From NCBI GenBank assembly GCA_963787195.1, contig CAWBCI010000060.1, positions 36,700 through 100,699 of the forward strand: a stretch of 64,000 bases of DNA. Reading direction: 5' to 3'. Source of the stretch: an uncultured Bacteroidales bacterium. GTDB lineage: Bacteria > Bacteroidota > Bacteroidia > Bacteroidales > JAGOPY01. Within the stretch, counting starts at the first letter, position 1, and each line of letters begins with the position of its first letter. A program made the position numbers and the translations under genes. Shown here piece after piece: positions 1 to 8,788 of the stretch. The notes under the pieces were generated by a model, which worked only from the letters and a program-made list of their open reading frames with translations, was not told the DNA's origin and searched no databases.

Positions 1-391
1 GCGCCACATGACAATATGAAACTGCAATATGGCCTCCGGGAATAATAAATGATTTCAGTTCAGGCAGTTCACTGTTCATTGCATCAATTTCTCTTTCCAG
101 CAGACTTATATCTTCTTCCTTCAACTGAGGCAACTTTGGTGCTACTCCGGCTTCCGGGTCCACGGCAATGAGGGATTCGAGTGTAAACAGACGGTCCTGT
201 ATCTCCAGTAAAATATCTTTACTGTGCTGATCTATATCCTGGTCCCTGACAAGGCCAATGAACGAATTCAGCTCATCTATGGTTCCATAAGTTTCTATCC
301 TGGGATGAAATTTCGGAACCCTTGTACCTCCTATTAAAGAAGTTTGGCCTGTATCGCCGGTTTTTGTATATATTTTAAACTCTTCAGACAT
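1..391 (-). CDS. Cob(I)alamin adenosyltransferase, PduO type (partial, runs off window start)
   Basis: Not in ORF track; hand translation from ATG at 391 gives MSEEFKIYTKTGDTGQTSLIGGTRVPKFHPRIETYGTIDELNS, the PduO signature (IYTKTGD..G.T, GTIDELNS). Confidence 0.9.
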   Translation of the reverse strand, partial: MSEEFKIYTKTGDTGQTSLIGGTRVPKFHPRIETYGTIDELNSFIGLVRDQDIDQHSKDILLEIQDRLFTLESLIAVDPEAGVAPKLPQLKEEDISLLEREIDAMNSELPELKSFIIPGGHIAVSYCHVA

Positions 392-465
392 TCGTTAATA
401 ATTAATTCCCGACCGAAGTTAAGAAATCATTCGGGAATTATAAATGAGCTCCTAAAAAATAAAAA

Positions 466-1200
466 TTAATTATTAGAGGGATTTTTAAATTCCCCAAGGC
501 TGGAATAGATTTCCTCATTTTTTTCATCTGAAGAGATCTCCCCGTCAATCAACCTGACAATTCGGTGTGCATAGCGGGCAATAGATTCTTCGTGAGTAAC
601 CACTATAATCGTATTTCCTGCCTGATGAATGATTTCCAGCAATGCCATAATCTCCACCGAGGTCTTGGAATCGAGGTTTCCGGTAGGTTCATCAGCAAGT
701 ATAATTGAAGGCTTATTCACCAGGGCGCGGGCCGTGGCAACCCTTTGACGCTGCCCTCCCGACAATTCATTCGGGCGATGGTTCATACGGTCAGACAAGC
801 CGACTTCCAGGAGTGCGTGGGTGGCCATTCGGATGCGATCGGCTTTATTTATCCCGGCATAAATCAATGGAAGCATTACATTTTCAAGGGCTGTCGAACG
901 GGGAAGCAAATTGAAAGTCTGAAATATAAAACCAATCTCTTTGTTCCTGATCTCAGCCAGATCATTGTCATTAAGCTTACTGACATCTTTGCCGTTCAGA
1001 ATATAAGATCCCGAGGTAGGAGTATCCAGACAGCCCAGCAGGTTCATAAGCGTAGACTTTCCTGATCCGGAAGGTCCCATAAGAGCAACAAACTCATTCC
1101 GGTGTATAGTGAGTGAAATACCCCTCAGTGCCTTCACAATCTCTGTTCCGACTTTAAAATGCCGGGTGATCTGATCTAAACGGATGACTTCGTCCTTCAT
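466..1200 (-). CDS. ABC transporter ATP-binding protein (LolD/MacB-like)
   Basis: Walker A GPSGSGKS, signature LSGGQRQR, Walker [12 protein letters not shown]. Confidence 0.92.
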   Translation of the reverse strand: MKDEVIRLDQITRHFKVGTEIVKALRGISLTIHRNEFVALMGPSGSGKSTLMNLLGCLDTPTSGSYILNGKDVSKLNDNDLAEIRNKEIGFIFQTFNLLPRSTALENVMLPLIYAGINKADRIRMATHALLEVGLSDRMNHRPNELSGGQRQRVATARALVNKPSIILADEPTGNLDSKTSVEIMALLEIIHQAGNTIIVVTHEESIARYAHRIVRLIDGEISSDEKNEEIYSSLGEFKNPSNN

Positions 1201-1238
1201 TTCCTTTATTTTAATCGCTTCACAAATTTATAAAACAT

Positions 1239-2021
1239 TTACAGATATCTCAGGATAAAATCCTGACGGCTTGACTCTTTTCTGAAAAAGACCCAGCCCA
1301 TATGAAAAAGGTCTATACTTACAGTCACTTTCTCATGCTTTTTAATCTCCTCCCAGGCTTCCTCCATTTCCTCCGACCAATGGATATCATCAATGATAAA
1401 TACGCTGTCATTATGGGCATGCTCGAGACACCTGTAAAAATAATCCAGAGTCCCTCCTTTGCGGTGATTCCCATCAAAAAACACTAGGTCAAGACGCTTT
1501 ATATCCAGCAATACCTTGGGGAGGCTTTGTTCAAAGGCTCCTTCGACAATTTGCACCTGATCGAGGCCAATAGAAGAGAGATTTTCTCTCGCCAGGCGGG
1601 CGGTCTCCGGGCAGCCTTCTAAGGTGAACAAGCTGATTTCCGGATCTATGAGTTGAAGATAAGCGGCAGTAATCCCAAGGGATGTTCCGATTTCAAGCAT
1701 ATTCCTGGCCTGCATGAATTTTGCAAGGAAAACGATTTTTCTGATTTTTCGCTTTGAAGATAGAGAACCACGTGCAATTTCCGAGATTTTTACCCGGTAT
1801 TGCCCAGCCTCTCCCAGCCCTCCTGTACCAAAGTCAGTCTTCAATATACTCTGATGGTCATTCATAAGTCTTGACCTTAAGGCTTCCACCTGTGCAGATC
1901 CCTGAGGGCTTTTGCATGGGCGCATAGTCCTCATTATAAGCTCATATATAAAAGGAGAATGTACACTATACCTGGTATGGGAATTTTTCAGAAACCTCAG
2001 AAAACGGAGAATATATGCCAT
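1239..2021 (-). CDS. Class I SAM-dependent methyltransferase
   Basis: LEIGTSLG motif I, VFFDGNH, IIDDIHWS; start moved to ATG 2021 to avoid overlap with the upstream gene. Confidence 0.8.
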   Translation of the reverse strand: MAYILRFLRFLKNSHTRYSVHSPFIYELIMRTMRPCKSPQGSAQVEALRSRLMNDHQSILKTDFGTGGLGEAGQYRVKISEIARGSLSSKRKIRKIVFLAKFMQARNMLEIGTSLGITAAYLQLIDPEISLFTLEGCPETARLARENLSSIGLDQVQIVEGAFEQSLPKVLLDIKRLDLVFFDGNHRKGGTLDYFYRCLEHAHNDSVFIIDDIHWSEEMEEAWEEIKKHEKVTVSIDLFHMGWVFFRKESSRQDFILRYL

Positions 2022-2031
2022 CTGTCCTGAG

Positions 2032-3570
2032 CTATTCAAAAGATAATCGGTTTAAATAGAAGACAGTCCTCTTGTTTTCATTAGCAATCAGATTATTACG
2101 GATAGTTTGGTAGCCGGAGCAAAGAAATTGATGACCATACCATAATACTATGCGACCACCCTGGCTGTCCATCACTTTATCGCCTGAATGAAGGCTTTCC
2201 AGGTCGGTAAAAAGCATACCTTCCATTTCGGCTTCATTTATGAATACCTGGTAGGCAATACGATTTCCCTGGTTGGTATATAAGATTACCGGCAGACCAT
2301 CAAAATAATAATTCGCAAGACTATCCAGAAAATAGTTTGAAATACTCATTTCCATCCCGTCATCCCAAATCATTTCCCCATTTTTGGAAAATCCGACCAG
2401 AACCGTATTGGTAAAGCGATAACCTTCGAAAACCGTATAGGTTTGTGTGATGGGACGTCCCCAATAATCATAGCTTATATCGCTCACAGTCCGGTAATCA
2501 GGGTAATACGCTTCCGCCATGATAGAGAATTTGTCATTATGTAGTTCGAGATGATGCAAGACAAGCTGAAAGTTCAGGGATTGATCGGAATTTTCCCTGG
2601 AATGCTTTCGTTGCATACGATAAAGGTCCCTGCTGTTAAGTCCGTTCCTAAGGTTCTGGAATTCCATGAAATTATAATAATTGATGAATTCCTGTTGTCC
2701 TTCATGAAATTTTGTAGAAAACATACCGGTTGCTTCAAGCCCATCATAATCATTTGTCCCCGGGATTTTTGAGGGGAAGTTATTATAGGTACCTATCAGC
2801 ATCAGATCGCCGTTCTCAAGCGGAAAGACCCGGGCAGTATTCAGATATTTATCCTGAAGGGAAGCAAACACCTGGTAATTGTATAGAAAGCTGCCATCCA
2901 TGTTATAGCCCAGCAGGTACAGGCTATTCTGACGTTTGGATACATAATTACTGACCAGCACATTCACGGCGGAACGATCAGGGTCTACCCTTAATTCCTC
3001 GATATAAACCTGATCGGGAATATCAATGGAATGGTTGATAATAGTTCCGTTTTGAAGGCCAACGAAGACGAGCTGTGCCAGATTGTTCTTAAGGTTCAGA
3101 CCAATCACAGCGTTATTCCCGGCAATCCCAAAATCCACAACTTGCGATTCGGAAGGAATAAGACCTCTTATATGCGCTATCTGTCCTTCCGCCATTTTAT
3201 ATCCTGAAATCTGGAAATTTTCTGCTGCGCCCTTTATTTTACTAGTGTTTGCAAATAGAAGAAATACGGCATCCCCGATTGAAACGGATGACTGGAATTG
3301 TGCATTCGGAACGACAGGCACTTCCAATTTTCTGACCTCGTTCAGGAGGGTATCATATTGGATAAAAATCCACTTTTTATAAGCGTCATCAAAAAAGTCC
3401 CTGGTTTCATAGATAAGCAAGAGGCCATTATTTGAACAGGGAGCCAGATGATAAATTTCAGCATTCATTTCAGCCGGCAACTCTAAACGCACTACACCTT
3501 TTTGGGCAAAAACGGAATCCTGCCAAAATGCAAACAATAATGCCAGATAAAGGAAAATAAGCTTTCTCAT
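2032..3570 (-). CDS. Secreted hypothetical protein (probably beta-rich)
   Basis: 512-aa ORF with signal peptide ending VFA/Q; no recognisable catalytic motif. Confidence 0.7.
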   Translation of the reverse strand: MRKLIFLYLALLFAFWQDSVFAQKGVVRLELPAEMNAEIYHLAPCSNNGLLLIYETRDFFDDAYKKWIFIQYDTLLNEVRKLEVPVVPNAQFQSSVSIGDAVFLLFANTSKIKGAAENFQISGYKMAEGQIAHIRGLIPSESQVVDFGIAGNNAVIGLNLKNNLAQLVFVGLQNGTIINHSIDIPDQVYIEELRVDPDRSAVNVLVSNYVSKRQNSLYLLGYNMDGSFLYNYQVFASLQDKYLNTARVFPLENGDLMLIGTYNNFPSKIPGTNDYDGLEATGMFSTKFHEGQQEFINYYNFMEFQNLRNGLNSRDLYRMQRKHSRENSDQSLNFQLVLHHLELHNDKFSIMAEAYYPDYRTVSDISYDYWGRPITQTYTVFEGYRFTNTVLVGFSKNGEMIWDDGMEMSISNYFLDSLANYYFDGLPVILYTNQGNRIAYQVFINEAEMEGMLFTDLESLHSGDKVMDSQGGRIVLWYGHQFLCSGYQTIRNNLIANENKRTVFYLNRLSFE

Positions 3571-3672
3571 TTTTGGGAAAGTAGAATCACAAAGTTAAAA
3601 TAATAACTTCAAATTTTCCGACTTATTGGATACAGGCCTAAATTTCAGAAAAGTTATTTAACACAACAAAAC

Positions 3673-3702
3673 AAGGCGGACAATCGCAAAATTGCCCGCC
3701 TT
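3673..3702 (-). terminator. Intrinsic terminator of dnaK
   Basis: aaggcggacaat..attgcccgcctt hairpin followed by T-rich tract on the minus strand. Confidence 0.7.
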
Positions 3703-3730
3703 GATTATTTAGATATAATCAACACTTAAA

Positions 3731-5653
3731 TTACTTGACTTCTTCGAAATCAACGTCGGTCACTTCCCCGTCATCTTTCTTTCCGCCCTGCTGTTCATCT
3801 CCAGGTCCCTGCTGCGGGCCCGGACCTTCCTGCTGGGCATCATTTGCCTGACCGGCATTCTGATACATTTCAGTGCTTGCATTCTGCCACTGAGTATTGA
3901 GATTATTCATTGCGGCTTCAATAGCGGTGAGGTCCTGGCTCTTATATGCTTCTTTCAGCTCATTAAGAGCTTTTTCAATACCTTCTTTCTTATCAGCAGG
4001 TATCTTATCTCCGTATTCCTTGAGTTGTTTTTCCGTTTGAAAGATGAGGCCGTCAGCTGTATTCAATTTGTCGACTTTTTCTTTCATCTTACGGTCATTT
4101 TCCGCATTTTCGCTGGCTTCCTTTTTCATTCTTTCAACTTCATCCTGGCTCAGGCCGGAAGATGCTTCGATACGGATCTGCTGAGATTTTCCGGTAGCTT
4201 TATCTTTGGCTGAGACATGCAATATACCGTTCGCATCTATATCGAATGTCACTTCAACCTGTGGTATGCCTCTTGGGGCAGGTGGTATCCCATCCAGATG
4301 GAATCTGCCGATACTTTTGTTCTGGCTTGCCATAGGCCGTTCGCCCTGCAAAATATGGATCTCAACTGAAGTCTGGCTATCGCTGGCTGTAGAAAATGTT
4401 TCCGACTTTTTCGTTGGAATTGTAGTATTGGATTCGATGAGTTTGGTAAATACTCCACCCAGAGTTTCGATACCGAGTGAAAGCGGAGTCACATCAAGTA
4501 AAAGCACGTCTTTTACTTCCCCTGTAAGCACTCCTCCTTGTATCGCAGCACCCACGGCCACAACCTCATCAGGGTTAACACCCTTGGACGGTTCCTTTCC
4601 AAAGAAATCTTTTACAGTTTTCTGGATGATCGGAATACGAGTGGAACCCCCGACAAGGATAACTTCGTCTACATCGGCTGCTGTCATCCCGGCATCCTTA
4701 AGCGCCATGCGGCAAGGTTCAATAGTTGACTGAACATATTTATCAATCAGGTTTTCAAACTTAGAACGTGACAGCTTTTTAACAAGGTGCTTTGGCACTC
4801 CGTCAACAGGCATAATATACGGCAGGTTAATTTCTGTTTCATTTGAGCTGCTGAGTTCGATCTTGGCCTTTTCAGCAGCTTCTTTCAAACGCTGTAAAGC
4901 CATCGGGTCTTTTCTCAGATCAAGGCCTTCACTTTTCTGAAATTCATCTGCGAGCCAGTCGATAACAGTATGGTCAAAGTCATCTCCACCAAGATGAGTA
5001 TTCCCGTTGGTTGATTTAACTTCGAAAACCCCGTCTCCAAGTTCCAGGATGGAAATATCAAAAGTTCCGCCACCCAGGTCAAAAACGGCTATTTTAATGT
5101 CTTTATGCTTTTTATCAAGCCCATATGCCAGGGAGGCAGCAGTAGGTTCGTTGATGATCCTTCTGACCTTAAGCCCTGCTATTTCACCGGCTTCCTTGGT
5201 TGCCTGCCTCTGCGAATCACTGAAGTATGCCGGAACCGTAATGACGGCTTCGGTGACAGTTTGTCCCAGGTAATCTTCAGCAGTCTTCTTCATTTTCTGA
5301 AGTATCATTGCGGAAATTTCCTGGGGAGTATAAAACCTGTCATCAATTTTCACACGGGTGGTATTATTATCTCCCTTTTTAACTTCATACGTAACTCTTC
5401 CAATCTCCTTGGTAACCTGGTCAAAACTTTCCCCCATAAATCTTTTTATAGAAGAAACAGTTCTTTTAGGATTTGTAATAGCTTGTCTTTTAGCCGGATC
5501 ACCAACTTTTCTTTCATTATTATCAGTGAATGCGACTATGGAGGGAGTGGTCCTCCTTCCTTCACTATTAGGAATAACGACCGGCTCATTCCCTTCCATA
5601 ACGGCTACGCAGGAGTTCGTTGTTCCAAGGTCTATTCCTATAATCTTTCCCAT
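3731..5653 (-). CDS. dnaK: Chaperone DnaK
   Basis: [29 protein letters not shown] Hsp70 motifs. Confidence 0.99.
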   Translation of the reverse strand: MGKIIGIDLGTTNSCVAVMEGNEPVVIPNSEGRRTTPSIVAFTDNNERKVGDPAKRQAITNPKRTVSSIKRFMGESFDQVTKEIGRVTYEVKKGDNNTTRVKIDDRFYTPQEISAMILQKMKKTAEDYLGQTVTEAVITVPAYFSDSQRQATKEAGEIAGLKVRRIINEPTAASLAYGLDKKHKDIKIAVFDLGGGTFDISILELGDGVFEVKSTNGNTHLGGDDFDHTVIDWLADEFQKSEGLDLRKDPMALQRLKEAAEKAKIELSSSNETEINLPYIMPVDGVPKHLVKKLSRSKFENLIDKYVQSTIEPCRMALKDAGMTAADVDEVILVGGSTRIPIIQKTVKDFFGKEPSKGVNPDEVVAVGAAIQGGVLTGEVKDVLLLDVTPLSLGIETLGGVFTKLIESNTTIPTKKSETFSTASDSQTSVEIHILQGERPMASQNKSIGRFHLDGIPPAPRGIPQVEVTFDIDANGILHVSAKDKATGKSQQIRIEASSGLSQDEVERMKKEASENAENDRKMKEKVDKLNTADGLIFQTEKQLKEYGDKIPADKKEGIEKALNELKEAYKSQDLTAIEAAMNNLNTQWQNASTEMYQNAGQANDAQQEGPGPQQGPGDEQQGGKKDDGEVTDVDFEEVK

Positions 5654-5711
5654 ATTTTCAAATTTAATATATTAGTAATAAAATGAAATTCGTTTGATGC
5701 GCTCTTAATTG

Positions 5712-5726
5712 ACAAGGATTATGCCA
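5712..5726 (-). promoter_or_regulatory. Putative sigma54 (-24/-12) promoter of dnaK
   Basis: Minus strand reads TGGCATAATCCTTGT, exact spacing of TGGCACG-N4-TTGC. Confidence 0.55.
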
Positions 5727-5995
5727 TCCTACTGAAACGCCTTCTTCAAACTCTTCAAATTTCCAGGTATTCTTCTGAAATAAAAACCATCTTCAATTTA
5801 TATATACTTGTTTTACTGTTAATTAAGAGGATAATAATTAAAATATTGAGGATATGATTTGCCCTTCAGCATTTAATTAAAAGTGACAAAACGTCAGAAT
5901 AAGAATTTGGATAAGCTATTCAGCAAAGAGGTCCATGAAGATCCTTCAGGAAAAAAAGTCACCTTTTCAGTTAAGATGAGATACTGCCAAAAGGC

Positions 5996-6994
5996 TCAAT
6001 AAACAAAATGCAGGTTCAGGTTTTTAATTTCCTGAATCGTCACGCCCTGGCGAAGTTTTTTTTCACGGATTAATCGATTACGGCTTGAAAAAATGCCAAT
6101 AGCATTGGTAAGGTTAGTATATTCAGGTCGATCCTGAATGATGGAATTAGATGGTCCATTGACTTCCAGGTAAGTATTTAGCTCATCGCCTGCAACAGCT
6201 AACTGGTATTCTACGGTACTGGTAAAGCGTTCACTTACTGCAGCTTCTTTGGCCGGATCAGAATAGGGTATACTATTTTGCAGATTGGCGTAAAAACCAT
6301 TGTTTGTATAATTGGCAAACATGTCTTCCGAGCCTGCCGTGGTTTCCGATTTAAACGTACCAAGGAACCAGTCAACATGGCGGAAGATGGTGTCCGTGCT
6401 GCCATCCATAAGTTCTTTGAAATTAAATCGGATGTTTACTTCATAGCGTTTCCCGTATTTGGCTGACTTCCATTCAACCTTGGAATTTGGAACACTTCTT
6501 TTAAACTCAAAATCAGCAAGACCAGCGGACGGGATTTTCATTGTCAATCCGGCAATTGTATTTGTTGTCGCCTCAATTTCCTTATCATTTAAAGTAATAT
6601 TCAATTTATAAGTCCTGTCCGGAGAAACTGTCAGTGGTACGAAATAAAGTAACTGGTAAGGATTATAAAACAAACCATCCTGCTTATTGTCAATGGTAAG
6701 GGTATCTAATGTATAGGTATTAACTAAGGTATTGTTGTTATCAAGTTCACTCAATTCAACCTGCAATTTGGATTTATAATTGCTTGAATCGGCAATTTTA
6801 GCCATTTCAAGCACATTTCCGCTCCCGAGATATGCCTTGTTAATGCGCAGGAAAACGGTATCCTGGCTTGAGTCAAGCAATCCGTAAACAACGGAAATAT
6901 CCTTCCAGGGGGCATTTAATTCAAAATCTTCCTTGCAGGCACTTGAAAGAATCAGAAGCAAAAGTGAGTACAGTATAAGTCTGAAATTTTTCAT
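5996..6994 (-). CDS. Lipoprotein (DUF4249-like)
   Basis: Lipobox LSSAC after hydrophobic signal; C-terminal YTNL.NAIGIFSS; the TTG at 7015 lies within a TAAATTTG promoter box, so ATG 6994 is used. Confidence 0.7.
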   Translation of the reverse strand: MKNFRLILYSLLLLILSSACKEDFELNAPWKDISVVYGLLDSSQDTVFLRINKAYLGSGNVLEMAKIADSSNYKSKLQVELSELDNNNTLVNTYTLDTLTIDNKQDGLFYNPYQLLYFVPLTVSPDRTYKLNITLNDKEIEATTNTIAGLTMKIPSAGLADFEFKRSVPNSKVEWKSAKYGKRYEVNIRFNFKELMDGSTDTIFRHVDWFLGTFKSETTAGSEDMFANYTNNGFYANLQNSIPYSDPAKEAAVSERFTSTVEYQLAVAGDELNTYLEVNGPSNSIIQDRPEYTNLTNAIGIFSSRNRLIREKKLRQGVTIQEIKNLNLHFVY

Positions 6995-7063
6995 TTTGGT
7001 ATAATCAGGAGGCAAATTTACACAAAGGGATCGAAAACAACAACGCAGCTACTAAATTCTTTA

Positions 7064-7071
7064 TAACTTTG
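7064..7071 (+). promoter_or_regulatory. Bacteroidota -7 promoter box upstream of panB
   Basis: TAACTTTG matches TAnnTTTG; similar boxes at 15188 (purE), 59041 (sod), 62621 (yicC) and on minus at 14844, 17642, 21976, 61110. Confidence 0.6.
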
Positions 7072-7103
7072 CATTTTTATAAGTTTACACAGAACAAATT
7101 ATT

Positions 7104-7919
7104 ATGCCCGAAACCGGAAAATACGCCAAAATAACAACCCATGTTCTCCAGGAAATGAAGCTAAAAGGCGAAAAGATCGCCATGCTCACGGGCTATGATT
7201 TTTCATTGGCTCAGATCCTGGATGAATCAGGGATAGATGTGATCCTTGTAGGGGATTCGGCATCCAACGTGATGGCCGGTAATACAACCACCCTCCCCAT
7301 CACCCTGGACCAGATGATCTACCATGCATCTTCGGTGATGAGAGCGGTGAAGAGAGCCCTGGTGATAGTTGACCTGCCTTTTGGCACCTACCAGGGTAAT
7401 TCCAAAGAGGCGCTAAACTCGGCAATCCGGATCATGAAAGAATCAGGGGCCAATGCTGTAAAGCTGGAAGGCGGCAAGGAAATCCTCGAATCCGTCGACC
7501 GCATATTATCAGCCGGCATACCCGTAATGGGCCACCTGGGGCTGACCCCGCAATCTATCCACAAATTCGGAACTTATGTAGTCAGGGCCACGGAAAAGAA
7601 CGAAGCTGATAAACTCATGCAGGATGCACAGCTGCTTGAAAATGCCGGCTGTTTCGGTATCGTCCTGGAAAAGATCCCGGCCAATCTCGCCGGAGATGTT
7701 ACCAGGCAGCTTAAAATCCCTATTATAGGAATTGGAGCCGGCCCTCAAGTCGATGGACAGGTATTGGTTTTACATGATATGCTGGGAATCACCCAGAAAT
7801 TTTCACCACGTTTCCTCAGGAGGTATCACAATTTGCATGAGGAAGTGAAAGGGGCCGTTCAGAATTACATTCAGGATGTAAAAACACTTGATTTCCCAAA
7901 TGAAAGGGAACAATATTAG
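7104..7919 (+). CDS. panB: 3-methyl-2-oxobutanoate hydroxymethyltransferase
   Basis: [41 protein letters not shown]. Confidence 0.97.
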   Translation: MPETGKYAKITTHVLQEMKLKGEKIAMLTGYDFSLAQILDESGIDVILVGDSASNVMAGNTTTLPITLDQMIYHASSVMRAVKRALVIVDLPFGTYQGNSKEALNSAIRIMKESGANAVKLEGGKEILESVDRILSAGIPVMGHLGLTPQSIHKFGTYVVRATEKNEADKLMQDAQLLENAGCFGIVLEKIPANLAGDVTRQLKIPIIGIGAGPQVDGQVLVLHDMLGITQKFSPRFLRRYHNLHEEVKGAVQNYIQDVKTLDFPNEREQY

Positions 7920-8003
7920 CTTTGATTTTGAATGGCGGGTTTCATATTTATGCCCCGGCAAACAAGCGGAGGATACGGGCCCGACTGATTAAGGATGTAA
8001 AAT

Positions 8004-8705
8004 ATGAAAGCTGCAGCTTTTGATTCAAACCGCGTACTTTTTGAAGACAACCATCTCATCATAATCAACAAACTCCCTTCGGAGATCGTTCAGGGCGATA
8101 AGACCGGCGATATGCCACTGAGCGAAATCATCAAAGAATACATTAAAATAAAATATAACAAACCAGGGAAAGTATTTCTGGGCGTGGTTCACCGGCTGGA
8201 CCGTCCGGTAAGCGGGGCTGTCATCTTCGCCAGGACCGGCAAGGCCCTCAGCCGCATGAATGAATTGATCAGGGAAAGGAATATTTCGAAAACATATTGG
8301 GCTATTGTAAAAGACAAGCCACCGGAAGAAGAGGGACTCCTGGTTCATTATCTGCGGAAAAATGAAGAAAAGAATATGTCAAGAGCTTATCCTTTGCCCG
8401 GAAAGGATAGATTGAAAGCTGAGCTGAAATACAGGGTCATCGACCGCAGCGATAATTATTATCTTCTCGAAGTGGAACTATTGACCGGAAGACATCACCA
8501 AATCAGAGTTCAGTTGGCGGCAATCGGCTGCCCGGTGAAAGGCGACCTGAAATACGGCTTTCCGCGTTCCAACCCGAACGGATCCATACATCTTCATTCC
8601 AGAAAAGTTGAATTCATTCATCCTGTTAAAGGAGAAGTGATCAGCCTTGTGGCAAAGCCGCCTCTTGATCCGCTCTGGAATTATTTTGAACAAAATGCCG
8701 ATTAA
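8004..8705 (+). CDS. RluA-family pseudouridine synthase
   Basis: HRLDRPVSG catalytic motif, TGRHHQIR, GDLKYG. Confidence 0.93.
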   Translation: MKAAAFDSNRVLFEDNHLIIINKLPSEIVQGDKTGDMPLSEIIKEYIKIKYNKPGKVFLGVVHRLDRPVSGAVIFARTGKALSRMNELIRERNISKTYWAIVKDKPPEEEGLLVHYLRKNEEKNMSRAYPLPGKDRLKAELKYRVIDRSDNYYLLEVELLTGRHHQIRVQLAAIGCPVKGDLKYGFPRSNPNGSIHLHSRKVEFIHPVKGEVISLVAKPPLDPLWNYFEQNAD

Positions 8706-8788
8706 TTTGTACTTTTATCTTACACTATTGATGCCGTTCATCTTCTCAACCCAAGGGTGATCATCATTCAAAATAAATAAGCCCATTT

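Noticed and set aside
4025-5686. Long antisense ORFs over dnaK (likewise over gdhA, the NuoF-like gene and nfnA)
   Set aside because: Shadow frames of conserved genes with no independent motifs
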